Assembly: GCF_044704955.1 (NCBI RefSeq)
Contig: NC_091979.1
Location: forward strand, 259,036,001-259,100,000
From: Pristiophorus japonicus
Lineage: Eukaryota
Direction of reading: 5' to 3'
Length of the DNA: 64,000 nucleotides
A program made the translations under genes and the position numbers. Of the stretch, positions 1-12,005 are shown in pieces. The notes beneath the pieces were generated by a model. The model searched no databases. It was given only the letters and a program-made list of their open reading frames with translations, and was not told the DNA's origin. Within the stretch, counting starts at the first letter, position 1. Each line of letters starts with the position of its first letter.

Positions 1-1682
1 ACGGGGGTGGAAATGGCGCAGCCCGCAGACCTAGCCATCTTTATGGAAGCATTTGAGAGTGAGCAATCACCCATCACTGCTTGGCAGATCAAAACCTGGA
101 CAAGCCAGAACTCCTTATTATCTCGAGTCAAAAGCTGTGTGCTTCACGGGAGCTGGTCCAGTGTCCCAGTGGAAAAGCAGGAAAAGATATAGCGCTAAAG
201 AGGCGCAAAGATGAAATGTCTATACAGGCAGACTGCCTTCTGTGGGGCAATCGAATAGTGGTCCCCAAGAAGGGAAGAGACACCTTCATCAATGACCTCC
301 ACAGTCCCCACCCAAGCATCGTAATGATGAAAGCGATAGCTAGATCCCACATGTGGTGGCCCGGTATCGATGCAGACTTAGAGTCCTGCATTCACAGATG
401 TAATACATGCTCGCAGTTAAGCAATGTACACAGGGAGGCGCCGCTAAGTTTATGGTCTTGGCCCTCCAAACCGTGATCTAGGGTACACGTCAACTATGCA
501 GGTCCGTTCTTGGGTAAAATGTTCCTTGTGGTTGTAGACGCGTACTCCAAGTGGATTGAATGTGACATAATGTCGGCTAGCACGTCCGCTGCCACTACTG
601 AAAGCCTGCGGGCCATGTTTGCCACACACGGCTTACCCGATGTCCTGGTGAGCGACAACTGGCCATGTTTTACCAGTGCTGAGTTCAAAGAATTCATGAC
701 CCGTTACAGGATCCAACATGTCACATCTGCCCAGTTTAAACCAGCGTCCAATGGTCAGGCAGAGAGAGCAGTGCAAACCATCAAGCAAGGCTTGAAGAGG
801 GTAACTGAAGGCTCACTGCAGACTCACCTATCCCGAGTCCTGCTTAGCTACCGCACGAGACCACACTCACTCACTGGGATCCCACCTGCTGAACTGCTCA
901 TGAAAAGAGCACTTAAGACAAGGCTCTCGTTAGTTCACCCTGATCCACATGAACAGGTAGCGAGCAGGCGGCTTCAACAAAGTGCCGACCATGATAGAGC
1001 AAATGTGTCACACGAGATTGAAGTCAATGATCCTGTATTTGTATTGAATTATGGACAAGGTCCCAAGTGGCTTCCCGGCACTGTCGTAGCCAAAGAGAGT
1101 AACAGGGTGTTTCAGGTCAAACTTTCAAATGGACTCATTCACCTGAAACACTTGGACCAAATCAAACTCAGATTCACGGACTACCCTGAGCAACCCACCT
1201 TGGACCCTACCTTTTTTGATCCCCCAACACACACACTAGTGGCAACCGACACCACGGTTGACCACGAAGCAGAACCCATCATCCACAGCAGCCCTGCAGG
1301 GCCCAACACACCAGGCAGCCCAGCAAGGCCAGCTGCACAGCAGCCCAGCGAGCGCCCAACAAATGATTCAACAACACCAGCTTTCACACCGAGACAATCA
1401 ACCAGGGCAAGAAGGGCCCCAGATCGACTCGCATTGTAAATAGTTACATTATTGACTTTGGGAGGAATGTTGTTATATATGTGAATTTGTATTTACTATG
1501 TACAGCCACCAGTGGGCTCATTCCCCGGAGTCCCAAGGGATCCCATAATCTCTTGGGAGCACAGGTATTTAAGGAGGCTTCACAGGTTGGAGAGGCACTC
1601 TGGAGACCTGCAATAAAAGACTAAGGTCACACTTTACTTTGAGCTCACAGTGTTCAGTCTGACTCTTTCTCCATACACAACA
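1..1682 (+). mobile_element. Gypsy LTR retrotransposon, 3' part (disrupted pol with integrase) plus 3' LTR
   Basis: ORFs 81-476 (HHCC-type HSPH..H..WWPG..CNTC) and 510-1439 (integrase core VVVDAYSKW, SDN, NGQAERAV). Purine-rich tract near 1460-1467, then LTR 1471-1682 (TGTT...AACA, AATAAA). Closely similar to 26258-27930. Confidence 0.92.
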
Positions 1683-1932
1683 GACACCACCACCTCCAAG
1701 TTCCCCTCCAAATCACACACCACCCTGACTTGAAATATATCGCTGTTCTTTCAGCGTCACTGGATCAAAACCCTGGAACTACCTACCTAATAACATTGTG
1801 GGAGTACCTTCATCACATGGACTGCAGTGGTTCAAAAAGGTAGCTCACCACCACCTCCTTAAGGGCAATTAGGGATGGACAATAAATGCAGGCTTTGCCA
1901 GCGACACCCACATCCCATGAATGAATTAAAAA
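1683..1932 (+). mobile_element. 3' end of a CR1-group non-LTR retrotransposon (family B)
   Basis: Ends gccagcgacacccacatcccatgaatgaattaaaaa. Matches 6493-6742 and the reverse complement of 10535-10790. Confidence 0.7.
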
Positions 1933-2074
1933 ACTAACCTGTGTGGTATCTGTTACAATAGTGAACTATGTTAGTTGATTAAATATAAAAATTATTGACA
2001 TAAATAATAAATATGAAGAAACTGACAAAAACAGAATTTTTTTTATTGGTTCCCTGGTTTCCCCATAATTTTTT

Positions 2075-2790
2075 AAAATTTGTTCAAGGGATATGGGCAT
2101 CGCTGGCATGGCCTGCATTTATTGCCTATCCCTAACTGGCCTTGAGAAGGTGGTGGTGAACCGTCTTCATGAACCGCTGCACTCCGTGTGGTGAAGGTAC
2201 TGCCACAGTGCTGTTAGCGAGGGAGTTTCCAGGATTTTGACCCAGCTATACTTGTCCTTCTAGGTGGTAAAGGTCGCGGGTTTTGGAGATGCTGTCGAAG
2301 AAGCCTTGGCGAGTTGCTGCAGTGCATCTTGGAGATGGTACACACTGCAGGAATGGTATGCCGGCGGTGGGGGCTATGAATGTTTAAGGTGGTGGATGGG
2401 GTGCCAATCAAGTGGACTGCTTTGTCCTAGATGCTGTTGAGCTTCTTGAGTGTTGTTGGAGCTGCACTCACCCAGGCAAGTGGAGAGTATTCCATCACAC
2501 TCCTGACTTGTGCCTAGTAGATGGTGGAACGGCTTTGGGGAGTCAGGAGGTGAGACACTCGCCGCAGAATACCCAGCTTCTGACTTGCTCTTGTTGCCAC
2601 AGTATTTATGTAGCTGGCCCTGTTAGGTTTCTGGTGAATGGTGACTCCCCAGGATGTTGATGGTGAGGAATTTGGTGATGGTAATGCCGTTGAATGTCAA
2701 GGGGCGGTGGTTAGACTCTCGCTTGTTGGAGTTGGTCATTGCCTGGCACTTGTGTGGCGTGAATGTTACTTACCATTTATCAGCCGAAAC
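2075..2790 (-). mobile_element. 5'-truncated non-LTR retrotransposon, family B (ORF2 C-terminus)
   Basis: Translation IGTPSTTLNIHSPHRRHTIPAVCTISKMHCSNSPRLL. Duplicate of 10535-11340 with a deletion of about 95 bp. Confidence 0.8.
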
Positions 2791-3234
2791 TTGAATGTCT
2801 TTAAATTTTTAAATAACAGGTTTTAAATTCTTCATTAAAATTCAGTAATTTTGCTGAGAGATGACAGGGTAAACTTTGAAAGACCCTGGCAGCCAACAAG
2901 ATCTTGCAGGCAGCAGCAGATGTGTACACAGGAAATGCTTGCCCAGAGAGATTGGCATGCAGCAGATTTGGCTGGTTCACAAACTCCAGTAGTGAGCCTG
3001 GGACCGAATTTCACCTCACTCCAGCCCGCATTTAAGTATATATGGCCATATACCAAGCGAGCAACTTCCTTTGCTTTGCAGGGGTGGTAAAACCTCTCCT
3101 GATAGATTCAGCACCGCTACAAGGAAGAGAAATTCAGTTCCAGTCCAACGTTTACAAGCCTGCAACCAATTAAAAGAGGAACATCAGTATTCTGCAAGAA
3201 TATCTGAAGCAGCAATAGCCTTCGGGGTATGAAA

Positions 3235-3461
3235 AGTCGGAAGTGCTCCAGTTTCTCGGAAGCCTTCACAGAGGTCCTTTTATCAGAAGTCAATGCCAGA
3301 AATACAATTTTTGGGTACTTAGGGCAAGAAGCCCCATAAGGGTGGTGCAGACTACATAAAAGGAAGTAGTAGAGGTAGTCAGTGCTCTCTTCACCGTCCT
3401 CGGAAAAGCCACACAGTACAGGAAGAGGTTCAATTAACTCATAAGGATAGTTAAGGTAAGT
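3235..3461 (+). pseudogene. Decayed Myb/SANT-like ORF of a PIF/Harbinger transposon
   Basis: Broken translation SSFSEAFTEVLLSEVNARNTIFG...EVVEVVSA...ATQYRKRFN*LIRIVK, followed by gtaagt. Resembles the Harbinger Myb helper pattern (PRFS..LE.L...QCRKKFNDL). Confidence 0.55.
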
Positions 3462-4241
3462 CTAGGCATTGGTGCCAATACACGTCTACTGCCAGTCATA
3501 CTGCCTTCACTCAACTTACCTATCGTACTCTCTTCTCTCAGTACCTGGGTGTCAGGAAAACTCATGAATGCAAACAGCAGCCTCTCAAAACACCATCTGA
3601 ATCACCAATCACTCTGTTAACTCACAAAGCCTGCCACTGGAGCATTTGCTAGTCTTCAAGGGAACTTCATTTAAAGGGACAATACACCTCCATTTTTCAT
3701 CACCATGGCATATCCTCATATGGGCCAAGTGTCCACGACATTCACTTACCTTTAACATTCTCTTTTCATCTCAGAACTCTGCCGGAAGAGAATGCCTTAG
3801 AGACAATAGGCTGACAGACAGGAGAGACCGTTGGGAAATGGGGAGGTTGCAGGTGAGGTGACAATGGAAGATTGGTCAAAGCTGGGAAATGGTCATCATA
3901 CATAGTCTCAGCTTCATGTGTCATCTCAAAGTACTGCAGTGTCCTCACACTCAGCAACTATTTCTACAGGGGGAAATTTCACTGTGTGCACAGCATAACA
4001 CCACTTCTGTGTTTCAAATCATAGCGGGTGCCTTGCAGGAAGAGACCAGCCACCGAGAGGACCACATAGGTACAACCAGATGCACACACATCATTTCTTT
4101 ATCAACTCCACGGCCCAGAATTTGCGGAAGCGGGAAATGGTTTATTAAATTTTTTTCCCTCACACTTCAGCTCAAACAATTTTTGCGCCACAAATTGCTG
4201 GAAGTGAGAGTTGATAAATGGGGAATCTGGGAAATTGGTGA

Positions 4242-5263
4242 ACATAGAAGAAACATAGAAATTTACAGAAGGAGGCCATTTCGGCCCATTGTGTCCGTGC
4301 CAGCTGACAAAAAGCCACTCGGCCCTCGGTCAGCAGCCCTGAAGGTTACATATAAATCTATGAACAATGAACAATGGCAGTAAGGTAAAGAGCATCCGGC
4401 CCAACCAGTCCACCCCACACAACTGCGATACCCGATGTATTGCAACATTTTACACTCCACCCCACCCGGAGCCATGCTATCTCATGGGAGAGCAAAAAAA
4501 CAGATAAAAACCCAGGCTAATTGGGGAAAAAAAATGGAAAAATTCCTCTCCGACCCATCTAGCGATCGAAACTAGTCCAGATCATCACTGGTCATATTAG
4601 ATTCCCTGAAGTACTTACCATCGTGTCTGTGCCAACCAACAAGAGGTTATCCAGTCTAACCCCACTTACCAGCTCTAGGTCAATAACCCTGCAGGTTATG
4701 GCACTTCAAGTGCACATCCAAGCACCTTTTAAATGTGGTGAGGGTTTCTGTCTCCACCACCCTTCCAGGCAGTGAGTTCCAGACCCCACAACTCTCTGCA
4801 TGAAGAAGCTTCCCCTCAAATCCCCTCTAAACCTTCCAGTAACCATCCTAAGCCTATGCCCCTTCGTAATTGACACCGCCACCAAGGGAAATAGGCCCTT
4901 GCTATCCACTATATCCAGGCCCCTCAAAATGTTATACACCGCAATGAGGTCTCCCCTCAGCTTCCTCTGTTCCAAGGAGAACAAACCCAACCTATCCAAT
5001 CTGTCCTCATAGCTAAGATTCTCCATTCCAGGCAGCATCCTCGTAAATCTCCTCTGCACCCTCTCCAGTGCAATCATGTCCTTCCTATAATATGGCGACC
5101 AGAACTGCATGCAGTATTCCAGCTGTGGCCTAACCAGTGCATTATACAATTTAAGCATAACCTCCCTGCTCTTATATTCTATGCCTCGGCCAATAAAGGC
5201 AAGCATTCTGTATGCTTTCTTAACCACCTTATCCACCTGCCCTGCTAATTTCAGGGGTCTGTG
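4242..5263 (-). mobile_element. CR1 LINE 3' portion (cut by the duplication breakpoint)
   Basis: ORF 4706-5236 KKAYRMLAFIGRGIEYKSREVMLKLYNALVRPQLEYC...RGDLI. Tail reads aacatagaagaaacatagaa on the + strand. Confidence 0.9.
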
Positions 5264-5590
5264 CTCAAACTGTGTTCAATCCTGACTGAGCTTGGGGCCA
5301 GTATATTCAAGAGCAACGAGGCCAAGAGTGTACACACAGTGCTCAAAACAAATAAAGATCCTCGATACAATTGGATTTAACTTTGTCTGCATTTTATCCA
5401 GTACAGATCACTTAGGGTTTATGTTAGTCATTTCACCTAAACACATACTACACAAGCGATGAAGTCACTGTAAAGTACCTCGAGTGGTTTCCAGAAGTTG
5501 TTTAAATATCACAACATGACACAAGTTGTTTAACTATCACAGTCCGCAACAAAAATACCAGGCAATTACCATCTGCAACATTATCATAGT

Positions 5591-5897
5591 ATGACTTGCT
5601 TCCATGCCAAAAAGGGATGAGTTCACAGGTGTTTCAATGAAGGACCTAATATTCCAGGTCCCGAACTACATGTTGATGGGTGGAAGATGCGTGTGTGGAT
5701 TTTATTAACGTGTGGTGGCCATTGCACACCAGCCACCCCACGGGCTTGACAGAGCTAGATCTTGGTCCAGTGGCAAGGATTAACCAAGGCGACTGGAGAC
5801 CGACCAGCTCTGCTGCACAGACCTAATGCGCACACATATTGCAGTGTGGGCTGGGCCCGGGCCCCGAACTCACGCCTCTCCAGGGCCCTGATTACAT
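5591..5897 (-). mobile_element. Partial RTE-tailed short retroposon
   Basis: Reverse complement of about 28248-28542, including ggaagcaagtcat. Confidence 0.75.
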
Positions 5898-5945
5898 GAA
5901 TTTTTCCTGAATGAAAACAGTCTGAAGATTTGTCCCAGTGTAACC

Positions 5946-6156
5946 TGTTGTGTATCTGTAAAGCATGCACTCCCATGTTCCGCCACCAGGAAGTGCACCC
6001 CCTGAAATCCCAAGGGATCCCAGCATCCCTTGGGAGCACTGTATATAAGCCGGCCCCTAAGACCTGTTCCTCACTCTGGAGTGTCTTAATAAAGACTGAG
6101 GTCACTGTTACTTTAACCTCCCTGTGTGCAGTCTCATCTGTGTTAGGAACACAATA
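5946..6156 (+). mobile_element. Gypsy solo LTR with 5-bp TSD TAACC
   Basis: TAACC at 5941-5945 and 6157-6161. TGTTG start, TATATAA, AATAAA, and the tcccaagggat/atcccttggga motif shared with the other LTRs. Confidence 0.88.
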
Positions 6157-6369
6157 TAACCTATGCTGTTGTGAAATGTGTGCATCTTTGAGTACAATCC
6201 AGTCGCCCACTTCACAGCCGTTGTTCTCCAGCACGCACTGTACTTTGAAGTGGTATGCTCCTTTGAAGGCCCCAACCTGACTGTGACCACAAGGCTGTGT
6301 CACTATCACACACAGACGACATTTTGATCTGCAACCAGAGAGCATCTAACCACCTCCCCTTGACACCAT

Positions 6370-6742
6370 CCAGGACAAAACAGCCCCATCCACCACCTTA
6401 AACATTGCAGCAACTCGCCAAGGCTTCTTCGACAGTACCTCACAAACACACGACCTCTACCACGTAGAAGGACAAGGGCAGCAGGTGCATGGGACACCAC
6501 CACCTCCAAGTTCCCTTCCAAATCACACACCACCCTGACTTGAAATATATCACTGTTCCTTCATCGTTGCTGAGTCAAAATCCTGGAACTACCTACCTAA
6601 CAGCACTGTGGGAGTACCTTCATCACACGGACTGCAGTGGTTCAAAAAGGAAGCTAACTACCACCTCCTTAAGGGCAACTAGGGATCGACAATAAATGCG
6701 GGCTTTGCTAGTGATGCCCACATCCTATGAATTAATTAAAAA
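6370..6742 (+). mobile_element. Family B non-LTR 3' fragment (empty site for the Gypsy at 1-1682)
   Basis: Runs continuously through gggacaccaccacctcc at 6491, whereas copy 1 begins gacac directly after the LTR. Confidence 0.75.
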
Positions 6743-8289
6743 TCTCACTAGCTATTGGAACCTGTGTGGTACCTGTTACAATAATGAACTATGTTAGTTG
6801 ATTAAATATAAAAATTATTGACCTAAATAATAACTATGAAGAAACTGTGACAAAAACAGAATTTTGTTTATAAAAACATAAGAACATAAGAAATAGGAGC
6901 AGGAGTAGGCCATACGGTCCCTCAAGCCTGCTCCACCATTCAATAAGATCATGGCTGATCTGATCATGGACTCAGCTCCACTTCCCCACCCGTTCCCCAT
7001 AACCCCTTATCCCCTTATCGTTTAAGAAACTGTCTATTTCTGTCTTAAATTTATTCAATGTCCCAGCTTCCATAGCTCTCTGAGGCTGTGAGTTCCACAG
7101 ATCCACAACCCTCTGAGAGAAGAAATTTCTTCTCATCTCAGTTTTAAATGGGTGGCCCCTTATTCTAAGATTTTGGCCTCTAGTTCTAGTCTCCCCTATC
7201 AGTGGAAACATCCTCTCTGCATCCACCTTGTCAAGCCCCCTCATAATCTTGTACGTTTCGATAAGATCACCTCTCATTCTTCTGAATTACAATGAGTAGA
7301 AGCTCAACCTACTCAACCTTTCCTCATAAGACAACCCCCTCATCTCCGGAATCAACCTTGTGAACCTTCTCTGAACTGCCTCCAAAGCCAGTATATCCTT
7401 TCGTAAATATGGAAACCAAAACTCCACAAAGTATGCCAAGTGTGGTCTCACCAATACCCTGTACAACTGTAACAAGTACTCCATGCTTTTATACTCCATC
7501 CCCTTTGCGATAAAGGCCAAGATTCCATTGGCCTTCCTGATCACTTGCTGTACCTGCATACTATCCTTTTGTGTTTCTTGCAGAAGTACCCCCAGGTCCC
7601 GCTGTACTGCAGCAGTTTGCAATCTCTCTCCATTTAAATAATAACCTGCTCTTTGATTTTTTTCTGCCTCACACTTTCCAACATTTTACTCCATCTGCCA
7701 AATTTTTTGCCAACTCACTTAGCCTGTCTATGTCCTTTTGCAGATTTTTTGTGTCCTCCTCACACATTGCTTTTCCTCCCATCTTTGTATCATCAGCAAA
7801 CTTAGCTACGTTACACTCGGTCCCTTCTTCCAAGTCATTAATATAGATTTTAAATAGTTGCGGTCCCAGCACTGATCCCGGCGGCACACTACTAGTTACT
7901 GATTGCCAACCCGGGAATGAGCCATTTATCCTGATTCTCTCTTTTTTGTTTGTTAGCCAATCCTCTATCCATGCTAATACATTACCCCCTACCCTGTGAA
8001 CTTTTATCTTGCGCAGTAACCTTTTATGTGGCGCCGTGTCAAATGCCTTCTGGAAGTCCAAATACACCACATCCACTGTTCCTCTTTATCTACCCTGCTC
8101 GTTACATCCTCAAAGAATTCCAGCATATTTGTCAAATATGACTTCCCCTTCATAAATCCATGCTAACTCTGCCTGACCGAATTTTGCTTTTACAAATGTC
8201 CTGCTACTGCTTCTTTAATAATGGACTCCAACATTTTCCCAACCACAGATGTTAGGCTAACTGGTCTATAGTTTCCTGCTTTTTGTCTG

Positions 8290-10375
8290 TACGGTGTACG
8301 TAGCACACAAATCACTGACTCCACACGGTCTGGTGTTGATCTAGCTGCTGTGACCTTAGTCCTTTATTGAACAGCTCCAGAGTGTCCACCAGGTGTGGTG
8401 GGCAGCCTTTTATATTGCCTCATGCAGGTACTTTCAGGTCGCTCCCGAGTCACGCCCGCTGCCGCCGCTCCTGCCGTTGTCTCCACACTTGCCCGGTGCA
8501 AACTCCAGCTGTTGATCTCCCCACTTGTCGCCCCTCCTGTTGCCACCGTGGCAGCCACCATCGCAGCCACTGCCGCCGCCCGACTGTTCCGCTGCATGGG
8601 CCCCCCGGATCCGCCGGCCACCGATGGGCCTCCCGCTTCTCGCCCGCAGCACCCCGCCGGCCCGTACCCCAGCAGTAAGCCCGCACCTGCAACTTTGTTC
8701 TTCCAGTGTCTGCTCATCTGTGGAGGCTGACCTGAAAACCTGGTCTTCCAGGGTCTGTTCGTCCATGGAGGCTGCAGGATTGCTTGGGGTCAGGAGTTCT
8801 GGGCTGTTGTCGCCTGTGTGTGGATTTAGGCTGCAGCTCCAGCTCGGTTGGTGCTGCTCTTTGGGAACCCGGGGAGCAGCAGTATGTGGAGGAGTGAAGT
8901 CTTCCCAGCTCCCATGGACCTTTCCCATCCATCTACTACTGAGGAACGTTGGCCCATCGCCTACAATGACACATAAGGGTAAACCGTGCATCTTGCCCCC
9001 GTGAGATACCTGCACATCCGCTCTGCCGAGAACAGGTATTAGTTCCCTGGTGTAGGTACGCAGTTTTGCCGTGACCTGGACCAGCTTGGGTCGTGCAGCC
9101 GGGTTGTCCCAGTTTCTCAAAAGTTCTCTGACTCATCAACAACAGACCCGATCCCGTATCCGCTGCCATATTCACTGGGACTCGGTCAATTTTTACTTCC
9201 ATTATCACTGGGGGCGAATCGTCAGTGCACATATACAGTCCAAACACCTCATCTTCTTCTGCCTGCTCCTCGCTAAACAGTGGATCATCCCCCATCGCCT
9301 CAGCCACATGGTGAGTCCGATTTCTTTTACACATACGCTGAAGGTGGCCTTTGAGGTGGCAGGTATTGCATGTATACTCCGCAAACCTGCACCCGTGAGC
9401 CCCATGGCTTCCTCCGCAGCACCAGCATGGTGCTGCTTGATTGGCCCCCCTCAGCGGACTCGGAGTTCCAGGACCACAAGGTCTGTGCTCTCTGCCCCGG
9501 GCAGAGCCATGTTCTGCAGTTCTGTCCGTGGTGGGCGCTATCCTGTGGACAGTGCCTGCCGGGTTCGAGACTGTGTGGGTCATTTGCTTGGTGCTGCAAG
9601 TCGAGGTCATATATGCCCGACTGATGGTGATGGCCTTTGTCAGGATGACTGTGGGTTCCGTGGCTAGCAGCTTGTAAAGGAGGCCCTCGTGGCCAATCCC
9701 CATGACGAAAATGTTCCGCAACGCCTCGTCAAGGTGTGCGCCAAAATCACATGGCACCGCGAGTCTCCTGAGGTCCGCAGCATATTTGGCGACGTCCTGG
9801 CCCTCGGGTCTGCAGTGATGGTAAAATTTGTATCTGGCCGTGAGGATGCTCTCCTTTGGTTTCAACTGGTCACGAATGAGTGCGACCAGCTCCTCATATG
9901 ACTTGTCCCTGGCGCTCGCGGGTGTCAGCAAATCCCTGATGAGACAGTAAACCTCATCGCCACAACTGGAAAGCAATATCGCCTTACGTTTATCTCTCAT
10001 TGCGTCCGTGCTCCCCGTCAGGTCGTTTGCTGTGAAGTAGTACTCGAGCCTTTCTGTAAAGGCCTCCCAATCATTGCCCACGGTAAAATCCTTTAGCAAG
10101 CCTTGAGTAGCCATGGTTGCGTGGAGTTCGTCAGCTTCCTCGTTGTCAATGTGGTGTATGTAGCACACATATCACTGATTCCACACGGTCTGGTGTTGAT
10201 CTAGCTGCTGTGACCTTAGTCCTTTATTGAACAGCTCCAGCGTGGCCTCCAGGTGTGGTGGGCGGCCTTTTATACTGCCTCGTGCAGATACTTTCAGGTC
10301 TCCCACCACATCGCCCTCTGTGGTGCACCATTGTACTTATATCATACATTTAATGTACCAGAGCAATACACAACA
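8290..10375 (-). mobile_element. Non-autonomous or deleted Gypsy element: gag-protease only, TSD GTCTG
   Basis: GTCTG at 8285-8289 and 10376-10380. LTRs 10150-10375 (complete) and 8290-8440 (truncated). Decayed PBS tgacaacgagg. No RT, RNase H or integrase. Confidence 0.88.
8936..10168 (-). CDS. Gypsy Gag (two Cys/His knuckles) fused to the N-terminal aspartic protease
   Basis: 410-aa ORF: DWEAFTERLEYYFTAN, KESILTARYKF, CWCCGGSHGAHGC, CNTCHLKGHLQRMC, protease DTGS. The protease continues frameshifted in ORF 8434-9120. Confidence 0.8.
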   Translation of the reverse strand: MCYIHHIDNEEADELHATMATQGLLKDFTVGNDWEAFTERLEYYFTANDLTGSTDAMRDKRKAILLSSCGDEVYCLIRDLLTPASARDKSYEELVALIRDQLKPKESILTARYKFYHHCRPEGQDVAKYAADLRRLAVPCDFGAHLDEALRNIFVMGIGHEGLLYKLLATEPTVILTKAITISRAYMTSTCSTKQMTHTVSNPAGTVHRIAPTTDRTAEHGSARGREHRPCGPGTPSPLRGANQAAPCWCCGGSHGAHGCRFAEYTCNTCHLKGHLQRMCKRNRTHHVAEAMGDDPLFSEEQAEEDEVFGLYMCTDDSPPVIMEVKIDRVPVNMAADTGSGLLLMSQRTFEKLGQPGCTTQAGPGHGKTAYLHQGTNTCSRQSGCAGISRGQDARFTLMCHCRRWANVPQ

Positions 10376-10534
10376 GTCTGCCTCCTTTTTTAAATAGGCA
10401 TTACATTTGCAGTTTTCCAATCTGCTGGGACCTCCCCAGAATCCAGGGAATTTTGGTAAATTACAACCAATGCATCTACAATCCCTGCCGCTACTTCTCT
10501 TAAGACCCTGGTTCCTTGGTTTCCCCATCATTTT

Positions 10535-11340
10535 TTTTTTTACTTGTTCATGGGATGTGGGCATCGCTGGCAAGGCCAGCATTTATTGCCCAACCCTAAT
10601 TGCCCTTGAGAAGGTGAGGGTGAGCAGTCTTCATGAACCGTTGCATTCCATGTGGTGAAGGTACTCCCACAGTGCTGTTAGCGAGGGAGTTCCAGGATTT
10701 TGACCCACTGATGATGAAGGAGCAGCGATATACTTCCAGGTTAGGATGGTGTGTGATTTGGAGTGGAGCTTGGAGGTGGTGGTGTTCCAATATGCCTGCT
10801 ACTCTTGTCCTTCTGGGTAGTAGGGGTCGAGGGTTTTGGAGATGCTGTCGAAGAAGCCTTGGCAAGTTGCTGCAGTGCATCTTGGAGATGGTATACACTG
10901 CAGAACCGGTACGCCGGTGGTAGGGGCTGTGAATGTTTAAGATGGTGGATGGGGTGCCAATCAAGTGGGCTGCTTTGTCCTGGATGATGTTGAGCATCTT
11001 GAGTGTTGTTGGAGCTGCACTCACCCAGGCAAGTGGAGAGTATTCCATCACACTCCTGACTTGTGCCTAGTAGATGGTGGAACGGCTTTGGGGAGTCAGG
11101 AGGTGAGACACTCGCCGCAGAATACCCAGCTTCTGACTTGCTCTTGTTGCCACAGTATTTATGTAGCTGGCCCTGTTAGGTTTCTGGTGAAAGGTGACTC
11201 CCCAGGATGTTGATGGTGGGGAATTTGATGATGGTAATGCCGTTGAATGTCAAGGGGCGGTGGTTAGACTCTCGCTTGTTGGAGTTGGTCATTGCCTGGC
11301 ACTTGTGTGGCGTGAATGTTACTTACCACTTATCAGCCGA
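10535..11340 (-). mobile_element. 5'-truncated non-LTR retrotransposon, family B
   Basis: ORF 10596-11051 MEYSPLAWVSAAPTTLKMLNIIQDKAAHLIGTPST. A-rich tail appears as a T run on the + strand. Confidence 0.82.
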
Positions 11341-11777
11341 AACCCGAATGTCTTTAAATTTTTAAATAACAGGTTTTAAATTCTTCATTAAAATTCAGTA
11401 ATTTTGCTTAGAGATGACAGGGTAAACTTTGAAAGACTCTGGCAGCCAACAAGATCTTGCAGGCAGCAGCAGATATGTACACAGGAAAAGCTTTCCCAGA
11501 GAGATTGGCATGCAGTAGATTTGGCTGGTTCACAAACTCCAGTAGCGAGCCTGGGACCCTCACTCCAGCCCGCATTTAAGTATATATGGCCATATACCAA
11601 GCGAGCAACTTCCTTTGCTTTGCAGGGGTGGTAAAACCTCTCCTGATAGATTCAGCGCCGCTACAAGGAAGAGAAATTCAGTTCCAGTCCAACGTTTACA
11701 AGCCTGCAACCAATTAAAAGGGGAACATCAGTTTTCTGCAAGAATATCTGAAGCCGCAATATCCTTCGGGGTATGAA

Positions 11778-12005
11778 AAGTCGGAAGGGCTCCAGTTTCT
11801 CGGAAGCCTTCACAGAGGTCCTTTTATCAGAATCAGGGCCAGAAATACAATTTTTGGGAACTTAGGACAGGACGCCCCATAGAGGGTGGTGCAGACTACA
11901 TAAAAGGAGATAGCAGAGGTAGTCAGTGCTCTCTTCACCATCCTCGGAATAGCCACACAGTACAGGAAGAGGTTCAATTAACTCATAAGGATAGTTAAGG
12001 TAAGT
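11778..12005 (+). pseudogene. Decayed Harbinger Myb/SANT-like ORF (duplicate of 3235-3461)
   Basis: Near-identical to 3235-3461. Confidence 0.55.

Larger units (their letters stand above)
1683..5263 (+). repeat. Local tandem duplication, copy 1
   Basis: Colinear with 6493-6870 plus 10509-13752, including non-TE spacer sequence (e.g. 1938-2040 vs 6761-6866; 2790-4240 vs 11340-12760). Confidence 0.9.
6873..10508 (-). mobile_element. 5'-truncated CR1 LINE (RT and 3' tail), split by a nested LTR element
   Basis: ORFs 7669-8076 (DVVYLDFQKAFD, SVLGPQLF, FADDTK), 7287-7622 and 6972-7277. Tail aagaacataagaacataag. CR1 resumes at 10381-10508. Confidence 0.9.

Noticed and set aside
3889-4383. 164-aa ORF, repeated near 12410-12869
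   Set aside because: The frame is broken in the duplicate, it runs into a CR1 tail, and it has no recognisable motif.
8364-9004. Overlapping Ala/Pro/Gly-rich ORFs
   Set aside because: Expected from high GC content; no recognisable domain.
8936-10168. Domesticated gag gene (Arc/PNMA/RTL-like)
   Set aside because: Still flanked by LTRs and a TSD, inside a CR1 that post-dates the duplication, and the protease is frameshifted. No evidence of domestication.
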